Of a stretch of DNA of 36,832 bases, positions 22,501 through 32,340 are shown in pieces (positions within the stretch are counted from its first letter, which is position 1; every line of letters starts with the position of its first letter). The stretch comes from a virus. The stretch lies in the IMG/VR virus record IMGVR_UViG_3300045988_089998, positions 1 through 36,832 of that record. One strand, written 5' to 3'. A program made the translations under genes and the position numbers. The notes below the pieces were generated by a model, which did not search any database, had not been told where the DNA came from, and saw only the letters and a program-made list of their open reading frames with translations.

Positions 22501-22546
22501 GCTTATCCCTCCTTCTTTTATTATCTCTATCATATCATATCGCAAG

Positions 22547-23166
22547 TTATAAATCCAGCATTGACATGACTTTCTTCTCTTCAAAGACCATTCTTCTCAT
22601 GCGAATATTATGCATTCGCTTGAATTCCTCGAACATATCTGCCCACTTCCCAAAATACATATGCGCGACTTCCCTTTCTCGATATCCCATCTGCATGCCT
22701 ACATATACGACCCACGCAAAGTTTATTCCGCCTTCTTCGTCTCCTTCTTCCTGCTCTGCGTGGTCTTTTCGTTTTTTCTTTTAAAGCATCTTCCGAACTC
22801 TTCCTGCAGGATCTTCCCCAGTTCCATAGGGGACATGTCCACCCTCCGCATCAGTTCGCGTTCCGTGATCTGCGGCTCGTCTTCCCCGTTCTCCTCTCTT
22901 TCGATCGCAAGCCCTTCTGCAACCATCCAGCACAATGCCTTCTTTAGGATCTTTAGGTTCGGAATTTTGTATGTCCCAATCAGATACCCCTCTTCATTTC
23001 TTTTATAGCTTCCATCCTCATTTTTTTCCGGCACAAATCCACTAAGCGCGTTTTCAAATGCCGATAGGTCCTGATATTCCTCCTGAATTTTCTCCAAAAC
23101 CAGCATATCGCATTTATATGGATAACTGTCCCCCGAAAGTTCAATATAATTTAGTCCTTCAAACAT
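22547..23166 (-). CDS. Tail assembly chaperone G-T fusion produced by -1 programmed frameshift at A_AAA_AAC (22777..22771)
   Basis: In the zero frame (agA AAA AAC = R-K-N) the heptamer is canonical. The -1 frame stays open for ~74 more codons with protein-like sequence (KKRKDHAEQEEGDEEGGINFAWVVYVGMQMGYREREVAHMYFGKWADMFEEFKRMHNIRMRRMVFEEKKVMSMLDL*). Confidence 0.7.
22723..23166 (-). CDS. Tail assembly chaperone (gpG-like)
   Basis: 147-aa acidic protein between the major tail and tape measure genes. It contains a slippery heptamer near its 3' end. Confidence 0.75.
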   Translation of the reverse strand: MFEGLNYIELSGDSYPYKCDMLVLEKIQEEYQDLSAFENALSGFVPEKNEDGSYKRNEEGYLIGTYKIPNLKILKKALCWMVAEGLAIEREENGEDEPQITERELMRRVDMSPMELGKILQEEFGRCFKRKNEKTTQSRKKETKKAE

Positions 23167-23179
23167 TGTTCTCTCCTCC

Positions 23180-23746
23180 TTATCCGTTCTGGGCTGGCTG
23201 AGCCGCCTTAAACTTTCCAGTTACCCATTCATTTGCTTCTGCCTCTGTAGCGCAAATCTTCGTATCCTTCCATTTTCCGTCCTCTAGCGCCATTGCCCGT
23301 CCGGTTATAGACGGCGTCTTATACTCGATCGAGTCTCCCTTGGTCGTATAATCCTCGGATGGTTCGGAAAACTTTACTTTATGAAGGAAGTTTCCGATGA
23401 ATGAACGTACCCCGTCAACTTTTTCTACGGATACCCATCCCATACCGACATAACTAGCCTGGTCGTTCGTATTGAATGTTACTGTTTTTTCGTCCTCTCC
23501 AACCTCATGCCCAAACATATCATTATGCGCCTGGATTGGGATTGTGCTTGTATTAAGCGTCACTTCGGCGTAATTGAACTCCTTGTCATATTCCGCCTGG
23601 ATATCATCTGCATTAAGGCTCCCTTCCGCATAGCTCGGAGTGATCTGCAGCCCGATTGCCTTTCCTAGTGCATATGGCGCCGAATATTCCGGCGTATCCT
23701 TTGTCATTTTTCCGATTATCGGTTTCCTAAAACCTACATATGCCAT
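23180..23746 (-). CDS. Major tail protein (phi13-family-like), paralogue 2
   Basis: 188 aa. The MAYVGF... N-terminus and the motifs SYVGMGW, KVKFSEP and SITGRAMAL..GKW are shared with the upstream paralogue. Confidence 0.75.
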   Translation of the reverse strand: MAYVGFRKPIIGKMTKDTPEYSAPYALGKAIGLQITPSYAEGSLNADDIQAEYDKEFNYAEVTLNTSTIPIQAHNDMFGHEVGEDEKTVTFNTNDQASYVGMGWVSVEKVDGVRSFIGNFLHKVKFSEPSEDYTTKGDSIEYKTPSITGRAMALEDGKWKDTKICATEAEANEWVTGKFKAAQPAQNG

Positions 23747-24300
23747 TGTCTTTCCTCTCTTTCTTCTGTGATTCCGGCCATTTTATCAAGCCATGAATCC
23801 GCTTCATATTTTGTGTCAAATAGTTTCTTGATTCTCCATTTTCCATTATCCAGAGGGATCGCCCGTCCGGTTATGGACTGTGTTTCATAATCGATCGAAT
23901 CTTTTTTCGTGCTATGCTCCTGTCCATCCTCGCTAAATTTCACCTTGTAGAGCCATATTGCCACATATCTTGTTTGCCCGTCCTCTACTTCCCTGCTTCT
24001 CATTCCCATTCCAACATAGCCGGATGTGTCCGTGTCCCTAGAAACCACCTCGTCTCTGGTGCTCTCATGTCCAAATACCGCGCTTTCTAATTCTGCTGGT
24101 ATCTCGCTTATTTCAAGTTTTACGTCAGCATACGAGAACATTTCTTCCTGTTCCAGATCGTTAACATCCAGATAGTCGCTTATATCCTCATAATTAGGCG
24201 ATATTTCTATTTTTATCGCCCTTCCAAGCCTCACTCCTCCTATATATCCCTTCCCGGATGGCTGTGCTATGATTAGCCTCGCAAGCCCTATGTATGCCAT
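23734..24300 (-). CDS. Major tail protein (phi13-family-like), paralogue 1
   Basis: 188 aa: MAYIGL..., GYVGMGM, KVKFSEDG, SITGRAIPLDNGKW. It lies in the canonical position after the tail terminator gene. Confidence 0.75.
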   Translation of the reverse strand: MAYIGLARLIIAQPSGKGYIGGVRLGRAIKIEISPNYEDISDYLDVNDLEQEEMFSYADVKLEISEIPAELESAVFGHESTRDEVVSRDTDTSGYVGMGMRSREVEDGQTRYVAIWLYKVKFSEDGQEHSTKKDSIDYETQSITGRAIPLDNGKWRIKKLFDTKYEADSWLDKMAGITEEREERQWHM

Positions 24301-24302
24301 TG

Positions 24303-24635
24303 TTACTCCTCCTCAATGTAGCAGCTAAAGCACAGGTGGTTATATCCCGTGTCTTTCTCGCGCATGGTTTCAATGTCTGTAACCGTAAATTCCGCTTCTC
24401 TCAGGCTTTTCCTTATCCTCTTTCTGAGCACTATATAATTCCCCTTTACGAACAGGTGGATTTGCATGTACTGAACCCACTCCATGTCCGTATCGTCTGC
24501 ATGATATCCTGGTATCTCTATTTCAGGATTGTATACGATATAGACATCCGGGGGATGTTCATCCGGACAGCAGAGCGGCCATATGTTCTCTGTTATCCCA
24601 TTTAATGCGGACTCTATTTTTTGATTTACGCTCAT
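24303..24635 (-). CDS. Tail terminator / tail completion protein (DUF3168-like)
   Basis: 110 aa, positioned between the gp10-like gene and the major tail protein genes. Confidence 0.55.
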   Translation of the reverse strand: MSVNQKIESALNGITENIWPLCCPDEHPPDVYIVYNPEIEIPGYHADDTDMEWVQYMQIHLFVKGNYIVLRKRIRKSLREAEFTVTDIETMREKDTGYNHLCFSCYIEEE

Positions 24636-25030
24636 TTCGTCACCTCGTTAAACTTTTTCTGCATTGCTTCCATGCACTCCCCCTCCGCTTCTCTTACCGC
24701 CTTCGATACCACGGGCCTGGCCTGCTGTTTTGATGTACCAAAATTCAGATACGCTAGTTTTTCATTGTTCCTCACTCCTTTTCCGTCCTTCCCTTTCGCT
24801 GTTACGGATACGTAATGCCCCTGCTGGTTTTTTCCTGGCTTATTCGACTTGATTGACGCTTCAAGGCTCCCTGTCGCAAATCCCCTGTCCGCCTCTTTTC
24901 GTACCTGTCCTTGCAAGGCATTTTCAAGGATTGGTGCCGCTTCTTTTAGCAGTTCGGGCGCTATTCGGTCCATATTTCCTAATCTCTCTAATTCCCTGGC
25001 GAACTCATCAAATCCCATTTCCTGAAACAT
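24632..25030 (-). CDS. HK97 gp10-family neck protein
   Basis: 132 aa. Size and position match the family, and the sequence (FDEFARELERLG...LEASI...YLNFGTSKQQARPVVSKA) resembles it. Confidence 0.65.
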   Translation of the reverse strand: MFQEMGFDEFARELERLGNMDRIAPELLKEAAPILENALQGQVRKEADRGFATGSLEASIKSNKPGKNQQGHYVSVTAKGKDGKGVRNNEKLAYLNFGTSKQQARPVVSKAVREAEGECMEAMQKKFNEVTK

Positions 25031-25039
25031 ATGCTCCTC

Positions 25040-25348
25040 CTATCCGCAGACCAGTTGAATCTTTGCCTTCCCGGCCTTATAGGTTCGGATAATGTTATAG
25101 GTCTGCCCTTCATACAGCGCCTTTCCCGCATAGGATTTCTGTCCGCCCTCTTCATGAGCGGACAGTTCAAAATCCTCCTGTCTGGCCTCCAGCACTGTTT
25201 TCACGTCTACCCCGCTACGCATGGATTCGTAGAACTCCATACGGGCGACCGACTTCTCTTCCACGTATATGTCTACGCTGTGCTCTTCCTCTGCCGGGAA
25301 CCCGTCCTTATCCTTGCCCTTACTGCTCCATATTAGCGTCGCTTCCAT
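25040..25348 (-). CDS. Head-tail adaptor / head closure protein
   Basis: 102 aa from ATG 25348, preceded by AAGGAAGGTGG. The end ...YEGQTYNIIRTYKAGKAKIQLVC is typical of the family. The longer track ORF from 25516 overlaps the upstream gene. Confidence 0.6.
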   Translation of the reverse strand: MEATLIWSSKGKDKDGFPAEEEHSVDIYVEEKSVARMEFYESMRSGVDVKTVLEARQEDFELSAHEEGGQKSYAGKALYEGQTYNIIRTYKAGKAKIQLVCG

Positions 25349-25628
25349 TTCCACCTTCCTTTCCATAATCGCCAGACAGGGCCATTGCGTCGCGCAAAGA
25401 GTCGAATGCTTCCTGGAACCTTTCTGCATCCGCATCATATCCATAATGTCCCTTGCAGTACAGACGTACAGCCTGCCGGTACAACGAATCCGCTTCATCT
25501 CCATATATCCCGGCAAGTTCCAATTCTTTTTTGCAGGACGCTACCAGTCCCTGCAGTTCAGGCTCTGCGTCTGCTGATTTTACCCTGACGATACGTTTCA
25601 GTTCTTCGATCAAAAGCATATCACTCAT
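25320..25628 (-). CDS. Head-tail connector protein (gp6-like)
   Basis: 102 aa. [11 protein letters not shown]...[18 protein letters not shown]...[15 protein letters not shown] has the typical connector_1 pattern. Confidence 0.7.
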   Translation of the reverse strand: MSDMLLIEELKRIVRVKSADAEPELQGLVASCKKELELAGIYGDEADSLYRQAVRLYCKGHYGYDADAERFQEAFDSLRDAMALSGDYGKEGGNGSDANMEQ

Positions 25629-25761
25629 TATTCAACACCTCCAGGAGTTGCTGCTTGTTCATGCTTCCATAGCCGGTGATCCCCCGCTCCTTCGCAGCAT
25701 CTTTTAACTGCGCTACGGTATAGGAATCATCGTACACGGTGCTATTATTCGCTGCCGGCAC
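25621..25761 (-). CDS. Small Rho-N/SAP-like (HeH) domain protein, 46 aa (below the ORF-track cutoff)
   Basis: Hand translation gives (V)[45 protein letters not shown]. The motif tvaqLKd.AkerGI.GyskMkK.qLi..L is characteristic. GTG start; the stop overlaps the next ATG. Confidence 0.6.
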   Translation of the reverse strand: MPAANNSTVYDDSYTVAQLKDAAKERGITGYGSMNKQQLLEVLNNE

Positions 25762-25772
25762 CGTACGGCTTT

Positions 25773-27044
25773 TTATTCCCCCTCCTTATGTTTTAACAGG
25801 GCATGCGCCTTGGAGGTCACCATAGCACCATCTACGATCGCATACGCACAGTAATCTGTGATACGGTCTTTCACGTGCTCTTCCAGGGTGACGCTGATCT
25901 CCTTGTTGATGTTCGCTGTATATCCCCTGGAGGCATTGGACATCAAGATCTCTCCATCTAGCATGGAATCATCTTCCTTGACCGCCATGCCCAGCACTTT
26001 GAAGGCTCCTCCATTTGCTACGTCAGCGATCAGGATAGGGCGTCCGTTCTGATCTTTTACATTTGCAAGCTCTGTCCAGATTGTATTGGAGTTTGCGTAA
26101 ATGGAGAGGCCGCCTGCATATCCGCTCTTTACTTTTGCTCTCGCCGTGATGATATCGGTATACCCTAGAGCCCCTTTTGCATATTCTGCGATCTGAGGAG
26201 TATTTGTCTCCTTTTCCAGTGCAGTTACGACACCCATAGGCTCTGCCTTGAACGTTTCGCCTGCTCCCGGCTGTCCTTTTCCATGTGTAGAGCCATAGCC
26301 TAGGGCTGCTCCCATCTTTTCTGCCATGCGTTTCTGGATATAAGGCAGGAACTCTTCCATTGCCATCTCTTTCAGCTTCCAGGATACGGTGATTGCCCGT
26401 GAGAGTTCACACCCGTTCAAGGTCATGGTCTCAAAGGTCTCTTTACCATCGTCTGTTTTAGTTTCCTCATCGTACCATGCCGCATCCGTGGAGGTATCGG
26501 CCTTGATCATGGTCAGGATGCCGTTCACATACGTTTTGCTGATGTCATTCCAGTACGGATAGATCTCTCCGATCTCCTGCCAGATACCAGCAGTCACTAC
26601 TTTTGGGATCACGGTTCCCGTATTCCCTGTCGTATGGGTAAATGCCTCATTTACCATCTGAAAGGCATTATTTTCCTCTGCAGATAGCGGTTTTCCCATC
26701 ATGCTTTTGGCCCAGGCAGTTTTATAGGCCTCGGAAGAATAATCAAGTTTCTCCTCTGTGTGCTTCTGCCCATTCATTGCAACTCCTTCAGACACCTGTG
26801 CAGTTCCTGCGGCCGTTCTTCCCTCTGCTCCTGCATCTGTGAGATTCTGCAGGTTCATTCCCTGCGGCGCATGCTCCATAGCCTCCAGTGCTGCATTTGC
26901 CTTGGCCTCCGCCTCAAATCTTTCGTCCAGGGCTTTGATCTCCTCCATCTTTTTGTTCCCCTCATCAATCTTTCCACTGTTGATGAGCTGCTTTGCCTCA
27001 TCCAGCATAGCCTGTCTCTTTTTTAAATATTCTTTTCTTCCCAT
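25773..27044 (-). CDS. Major capsid protein (HK97 fold) with N-terminal coiled-coil delta/scaffold region
   Basis: 423 aa, following the ClpP-type prohead protease. It has a charged helical N-terminus followed by a capsid-like body. Confidence 0.85.
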   Translation of the reverse strand: MGRKEYLKKRQAMLDEAKQLINSGKIDEGNKKMEEIKALDERFEAEAKANAALEAMEHAPQGMNLQNLTDAGAEGRTAAGTAQVSEGVAMNGQKHTEEKLDYSSEAYKTAWAKSMMGKPLSAEENNAFQMVNEAFTHTTGNTGTVIPKVVTAGIWQEIGEIYPYWNDISKTYVNGILTMIKADTSTDAAWYDEETKTDDGKETFETMTLNGCELSRAITVSWKLKEMAMEEFLPYIQKRMAEKMGAALGYGSTHGKGQPGAGETFKAEPMGVVTALEKETNTPQIAEYAKGALGYTDIITARAKVKSGYAGGLSIYANSNTIWTELANVKDQNGRPILIADVANGGAFKVLGMAVKEDDSMLDGEILMSNASRGYTANINKEISVTLEEHVKDRITDYCAYAIVDGAMVTSKAHALLKHKEGE

Positions 27045-27709
27045 TTTCTGGCTCCTTCCAATTCTAAAAGTTTTAAGTTCATCATGGCGCGCTCCCTCTC
27101 GGGTGCCATGGCAAGCGCCCTTGCCCGCTCCATTTGTTCTTTTGACGGCAGCGCGAACATGGATGCTGTCATCAGCCCAGGTTCCTGCTGCTCGAACATG
27201 ATTTTATCTACCAGTCTTTTATCTAACGCCTGCTGCGCATTCAGCCAGGTCTCATGCTCCATCATATCCATGACTTCCTGTTCTGTCATTCCCGTCTTGT
27301 TCATGTAGGCATTGCACAGTGCTCTGTCCGCTGTCCGCAGGACTTCCGCCATGTGCTCCATATCGCTATGATTCCCGCGCGCTCCGGATGATACGCAGTG
27401 CACCATCAGCAATGCCGTTGGGGCCATCTCGCAGTACCCTGCTGCCGCGATCACCGAAGCAGCACTACACGCCTGTCCGGTGATATAGATTTTGACTCCC
27501 GCCGTATGTCCCCTCAGCATCGTATAGATTTCTGATCCCACGTCAATGGCGCCTCCCGGGGAGTTGATGTAGACATCGTGGGGCTCATTCGGGTACGCGT
27601 CAATAATCTTCCGTACGTCCCTTGGACATGTGCTGTCCTCCTCGAACCAGTCGTAATACCATTTGTAATCATTTGGTATGATCACTCCCCTGATATCAAT
27701 TCTTGCCAT
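27023..27709 (-). CDS. Prohead protease (ClpP/S14 family)
   Basis: INSPGGAIDVGSEIYTML...ITGQACSAASVIAAAG...LMVHCV carries the ClpP-type Ser and His context. Confidence 0.85.
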   Translation of the reverse strand: MARIDIRGVIIPNDYKWYYDWFEEDSTCPRDVRKIIDAYPNEPHDVYINSPGGAIDVGSEIYTMLRGHTAGVKIYITGQACSAASVIAAAGYCEMAPTALLMVHCVSSGARGNHSDMEHMAEVLRTADRALCNAYMNKTGMTEQEVMDMMEHETWLNAQQALDKRLVDKIMFEQQEPGLMTASMFALPSKEQMERARALAMAPERERAMMNLKLLELEGARKWEEKNI

Positions 27710-28958
27710 CCGTTACCTCCTTCCCGGCCATTAAAAGCCCTTTTATAATATCTGCAGTTATGTGGCAGTTCTCTGAATTCATGTTTTTGAGCGCGGTCTC
27801 TATCAGGTTCACTACCTGGGTATCTAATCTCCTGATCGGTTCATCTCCGCCCACAAGCGGGGCCATGTTCATAGTCTCCCTCCACTCATTCGGCGTCATA
27901 GCGCCTCTGTCGACCATTGCCTGGAAAGCAAGTTTCGTCGTCAGGCTTGCGCACTGCAGGTTATTGGCCTCGAATACGATCTTATTCCCAAAACCGCGCT
28001 CCTTACGCGTGAACAGCCCCACCGTATAGGTTCCGTGCATCTGCACTACTACCGGCTCTATCTCCGCCTCATAATAAGCCGTCCATTCATCCTCTGTATA
28101 ATTTGACTGTACGATCTTTTTATTCGTGTTGAAGAAAGAGTATATGCGGTCAATCGTCCTATCCGTCTGTGCTGCATTTGGCACATAGTCTTTTGGCTCT
28201 ATTCGAATAGCCTCCGCCTTGGAATCTATTCCCGCCGCTCCAAATGTCTCGCTCTCGACTGCAAGGTAGTCATCCACGAATGCCTTAACATTCTTCTTGA
28301 TATCTTCTGGGCGCAATGAGTTATGGTATTTCAGCAGCCACCGAATAACCCCGCTGTTCTTAATTGCTTTGATAATCCCCTGGTCAATTGTTCCAATAAC
28401 ATCCATCATCTGTGAGATGGCTTTTGCCGGACTGTCGCCGAATATGTCATTTTCGTTGAAATCTTGCCTCAGATGAATGATGTCCTGATACGAAAAAGTA
28501 CCTGAATTCCCATTCTTATACTGGAATTTCAGGTACAATCCGCCTTCCTTGTCATAGACAGCCTCCGCAAACATGCACGGGATTGGATACAATTGTATAG
28601 GCAGCCCATTTTCGTCCCGGACAATCAGGATAAATGCATTGTTATTCAGGCAGAGCTGGTTCGCGACTTTCTCCTGCAGCATCTGCCCGGTCATATAGGG
28701 GTTTGGCTCTTCCAACAGGAAACGGATCCGCGCGTCAGGGTTTACCTTCAGGCCGCCTGCCGGATCATCCCGGATGTGTTTTCCCACCAGTTTTCCGATG
28801 GCCTTTACCTTTGGCCGGATGCAGGCCCGCACAATATCGCTTTCATATAATTTCCCATTCCAGGCATAATACCGTTCCTTCCATGTAGTGAGCATCTGAA
28901 TGCCCTCTTTTGCTGTTGGCTCCCGATTCCTGGTCTGTTTTTTTCCAAATAATTTCAT
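27696..28958 (-). CDS. Portal protein (HK97 family-like)
   Basis: 420 aa, between the large terminase and the protease. Confidence 0.85.
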   Translation of the reverse strand: MKLFGKKQTRNREPTAKEGIQMLTTWKERYYAWNGKLYESDIVRACIRPKVKAIGKLVGKHIRDDPAGGLKVNPDARIRFLLEEPNPYMTGQMLQEKVANQLCLNNNAFILIVRDENGLPIQLYPIPCMFAEAVYDKEGGLYLKFQYKNGNSGTFSYQDIIHLRQDFNENDIFGDSPAKAISQMMDVIGTIDQGIIKAIKNSGVIRWLLKYHNSLRPEDIKKNVKAFVDDYLAVESETFGAAGIDSKAEAIRIEPKDYVPNAAQTDRTIDRIYSFFNTNKKIVQSNYTEDEWTAYYEAEIEPVVVQMHGTYTVGLFTRKERGFGNKIVFEANNLQCASLTTKLAFQAMVDRGAMTPNEWRETMNMAPLVGGDEPIRRLDTQVVNLIETALKNMNSENCHITADIIKGLLMAGKEVTDGKN

Positions 28959-29014
28959 GCTTTTCTCCTTTCATTTGGTTAATTCCTGCCATAAAAATAA
29001 CGCCCGGAAAGGCG

Positions 29015-30706
29015 TCATATCAAACTCATATAATCATTGATGTTATTCTGCAGTACCACATACGCATCCAGAAGGGCCGCCGTCCCGTCTATCCTGCGCC
29101 GCGGCTTGCTTGTCTTGATTGGCTGGATATTGTCATTCTTGTCAACGTCTACCGCCGTATTACATAGGCACCATTTGTCCACGGGGTTGTTATTATAGAC
29201 AATCAGGTTATTCTCCAAATCTGCTCCCAGCATCTTCATTGGCTGCGAGAGCGTCTTTTTCCCTTGGATCACCGGCACCATGCTGTCCTTTCCGAAGTAG
29301 TCCTGCATGTCCTCTACAAAATAGACTGCTGACCATGAATCATATCCGATCATGGTCAGATAGATGTCATATTTCTCCTGCACCTCTACGAACCACGCCT
29401 TGACATCCTTGTATGATATCTTATTCCCAGGGCATGTCCGTACATAGCCTTTCTCAATCCATACGTCATATGGGATCTTATCTTCTGCTACTCGCTTTTC
29501 AACCAGGTCTTCCGGCATCCAATACATGGACATCACATAGATGCGCTCATCCCCCAGAACCTTGAATAATACCTTCGCCGCCGTCAGGTCTGTTGTAGCA
29601 GACAAATCCGTGCCTCCGATTCCATATCTTGGCTTCAGCGCCCGTATGTCAAAAGTCTCCGTGTTATTTGCCTGCTCGAATGTCAGCCAGGCTTCCGATG
29701 ATGTCTCGCGGATATTAAACTCCTTGCAGAGCAGGTTCTTTACCAGCAGCGGGTTCTTCTTTGCCTTCTCCACCTTATCTTTCAAGGTATTCCGGTTCTT
29801 GATGGTTCCAAGTCCTGGGTTGGCTTTCTCCCAGCACCCCTCATCTACCCATTCTTTCCGGTTATCCAGTTCGTAGACAAAAGCAATAAAGTGTTCATCT
29901 TTGTAGCCATCCGGATCCTCGTAACCATTGATGACCATCTCTGCTTCTTCATACTTCTGGTCATAGATATCTTCCCGGATGGTGCCCGCAGTCGAAGTAA
30001 TATATACCAGAGGCTGTTCCCTGGCGGACACACCATCAGCCATGATGTCGTAAAGGGCCTTCCCTTGTTTCCACTGATGAATTTCATCCATGAGAACACA
30101 ATGGATGTTAAGGCCGTCCAAAGTATCGCTGTCAGAAGCCAGGGGCTTGAATACCCCGTCATTAAAATCCGTATCCAGTTCAGCCACAAGCGATCGCACC
30201 CTCCTTGACAACGACGGGGATTTCCTGACCATCCTCTTTGATTCCATCCAGATGATCTTGCTCTGATCCTTTTTGGTTGCCACCGCGTATACTTCCGGCC
30301 CCATTTCTCCATCTGCGAGAAGCATGTAGAGACCGACGATCGAAGCAAGCAGGGATTTTCCATTTTTCTTCCCTACAATCAGGATTGATTCCCGGTATTT
30401 CCGATTTCCTTCAATATCTACGAATCCGAATACCGTAGCCAGGTGTGCCTTTTCCCATAGTTCCAGACGCACCGGCTTTCCCCCGAACTTTCCCTTCGAG
30501 TGTCTGCAGTAGTTCTCTGCAAACTCTAAAATATGGTTGGCTCTGCTTGCGCTGTAGTAATATTCTCCCGGATTCGCAATATCCCCGACAACCTTCTTGT
30601 ATGTCCTGTATACTTTATCTGATGCTCGAATATCTCCATTCTGTATCTTCTCCCAATATTCTAGGACCGGGTTATATGCAATCGGATACCTAATCATCCC
30701 TGCCAT
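29015..30706 (-). CDS. terL: Terminase large subunit
   Basis: 563 aa with Walker A VGKKNGKS and Walker B-like HCVLMDEIH, plus a C-terminal nuclease region. Confidence 0.9.
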   Translation of the reverse strand: MAGMIRYPIAYNPVLEYWEKIQNGDIRASDKVYRTYKKVVGDIANPGEYYYSASRANHILEFAENYCRHSKGKFGGKPVRLELWEKAHLATVFGFVDIEGNRKYRESILIVGKKNGKSLLASIVGLYMLLADGEMGPEVYAVATKKDQSKIIWMESKRMVRKSPSLSRRVRSLVAELDTDFNDGVFKPLASDSDTLDGLNIHCVLMDEIHQWKQGKALYDIMADGVSAREQPLVYITSTAGTIREDIYDQKYEEAEMVINGYEDPDGYKDEHFIAFVYELDNRKEWVDEGCWEKANPGLGTIKNRNTLKDKVEKAKKNPLLVKNLLCKEFNIRETSSEAWLTFEQANNTETFDIRALKPRYGIGGTDLSATTDLTAAKVLFKVLGDERIYVMSMYWMPEDLVEKRVAEDKIPYDVWIEKGYVRTCPGNKISYKDVKAWFVEVQEKYDIYLTMIGYDSWSAVYFVEDMQDYFGKDSMVPVIQGKKTLSQPMKMLGADLENNLIVYNNNPVDKWCLCNTAVDVDKNDNIQPIKTSKPRRRIDGTAALLDAYVVLQNNINDYMSLI

Positions 30707-31124
30707 TCACAAAGTCCTCAAATCCGTCATCTCTTGCTACTGGCTTCTCCGTTTTCGGGAGGCATTCTACGAGAATCTTCATGGCCTGCGTCTGTTTTTG
30801 CGACATTTGAAGGTATAATTGGGCATCCGGGCTCTGCTTCGTTCCATACTGGTTCTCTCCGTTCTTATACTCAACGGTCGTTCCCTCTCTTATAATCTGA
30901 TCCCTCAGATCCTGCATGGTAATCGTAAGAAATGCGACATCTTCTATTGTGGCAAATACTAGATTCTTCTTATTTTTGTCTATTTTTGAGAACAATCTCT
31001 TTAGTCTTCGTACCTCTTTCTCGATCCGCCGATTCTTCTCCAAATACTCGGAAATACTGTCAAATTCAGCCTCCCGCTTCTGTGCCTCCTGTTCAAAATC
31101 ATCATATTCTATCACTGATACCAC
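30690..31124 (-). CDS. terS: Terminase small subunit (P27-family-like)
   Basis: 144 aa, overlapping the terL start by 17 nt. It lies downstream of an HNH gene, as in HK97-like cos phages. Confidence 0.65.
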   Translation of the reverse strand: MVSVIEYDDFEQEAQKREAEFDSISEYLEKNRRIEKEVRRLKRLFSKIDKNKKNLVFATIEDVAFLTITMQDLRDQIIREGTTVEYKNGENQYGTKQSPDAQLYLQMSQKQTQAMKILVECLPKTEKPVARDDGFEDFVNGRDD

Positions 31125-31194
31125 ACCCCCTTTATGTTATCCTGTGCATTCCTTGCAGGTAGACGCCTGGTTTTCCGCAATCAAAAATATAACC

Positions 31195-31518
31195 TCAATC
31201 AGGGGGGAGTCTGGGCATCACCTCTCCTTCCGGGCTAAAATCATATTGAATCAGTCCTTCCGCCGGCCCATCCTTCATATCCTCTTTCTGGTGACAGATA
31301 TGGCAATCGTATTTTAGATTGATAAAACCCAGAGCAATGTCTGGGTCGTTGATGTTATCCGGATTCAATTCCGTCTTATGATGCACGATGTATCCTGGCC
31401 GGTCATGACATGTCTCACACAATCCTCCATCAATAGACTTTCGGTACGATATGTATGCAGCCCTGCACTTCTTCCAGCGCTTGCTATTGTAGAATGCTTT
31501 TGCAAATTCTTTTGCCAT
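31195..31518 (-). CDS. HNH endonuclease (terminase-associated)
   Basis: YNSKRWKKCRAAYI...CETCHDRPGYIVHHKTELNPDNINDP...CHICH shows HNH/zinc-finger spacing. It is adjacent to terS. Confidence 0.85.
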   Translation of the reverse strand: MAKEFAKAFYNSKRWKKCRAAYISYRKSIDGGLCETCHDRPGYIVHHKTELNPDNINDPDIALGFINLKYDCHICHQKEDMKDGPAEGLIQYDFSPEGEVMPRLPPD

Positions 31519-31631
31519 GCTCCCCCTCCACGCAAAGAGAGCAGCCTGTCTATAGACTGCTGCCCTCTTTTATCTTTCTTATATGACTCTATCATAATAA
31601 CATGTTTTATTGTCCCCTGAGTGCCCCTCTT

Positions 31632-32039
31632 TCATATTTTCTTTGACAGAAGATAGTAAAATTTCCTCCTCCTGTCATAATACATGTTCTTCCCGCATGG
31701 CATGTGCAGTGCGTCCCTTAAGTATCGGTATGTGGCGTACTCTGTGGTCACCCCCTGTATTATATACTGATAGATCTCTGCATCTGTCTCTATTGCCGTC
31801 TGTTCGATCAATTTACATTTATCTTCCAATTCCGCACGTCGGATAGCGAGTGCCTCCGTCGCGCTTCCCTGTGTAGCGCTTCCCTTCCCTTCCTTTCCGT
31901 ATTCAATTGATTTTACTGTATCGGTTATGTATGCCAATTCTCTTCTCCACTCAGGATATTGCAGACAATGATAATAGACTTCAAAAAACCTATTCTTGCT
32001 TATCTCATACCTTTTTCCTAGCGCCCTTACTCTTGTCAT
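31632..32039 (-). CDS. Putative late-gene transcriptional regulator (sigma region-4/ArpU/RinA-like)
   Basis: 135 aa, the last gene before the packaging module. The C-terminal ...YATYRYLRDALHMPCGKNMYYDRRRKFYYLLSK is HTH-like. The assignment rests on position and size only. Confidence 0.4.
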   Translation of the reverse strand: MTRVRALGKRYEISKNRFFEVYYHCLQYPEWRRELAYITDTVKSIEYGKEGKGSATQGSATEALAIRRAELEDKCKLIEQTAIETDAEIYQYIIQGVTTEYATYRYLRDALHMPCGKNMYYDRRRKFYYLLSKKI

Positions 32040-32081
32040 TTATCTTATACTCCCTCCAGATCCTCTTATCTTGTACTGCCA

Positions 32082-32309
32082 TTATTTTAGTTCCCTCCTT
32101 CTCACGTATTCATCCGCCTCTAAATGTTTCGTCTGCTTCCCCTGTTTTCGTATCATGAGTCTTGCTTGATAAGATAGTTTTTCTGACTGGTATGCTGGCC
32201 GATGCATCCACTCTCTCGCCCTCTTATGCGGGCTTTTCTTGGCAAGATCGTCGAAATACCCATTTTTATCGCTCTTTATCGTATGCATATCACGTTTCTT
32301 TTTCTTCAA
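32082..32309 (-). CDS. Small basic hypothetical protein
   Basis: 75-aa Lys/Arg-rich ORF in register with the operon. Confidence 0.45.
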   Translation of the reverse strand: MKKKKRDMHTIKSDKNGYFDDLAKKSPHKRAREWMHRPAYQSEKLSYQARLMIRKQGKQTKHLEADEYVRRRELK

Positions 32310-32340
32310 TTTCTTTCCTCCTTAAACGCCCATTTAAATG

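Noticed and set aside
29845-30363. 172-aa minus-strand ORF, and plus-strand ORFs, inside the large terminase gene
   Set aside because: They are out of frame within a well-supported 563-aa terminase ORF and have Trp/Arg/Ser-rich composition.
31519-31631. Hairpin around the palindrome gtctatagac between the late-regulator-like gene and the HNH gene, as a cos site or late terminator
   Set aside because: The stem is interrupted and there is no clear U tract. The cos location cannot be inferred without termini data.
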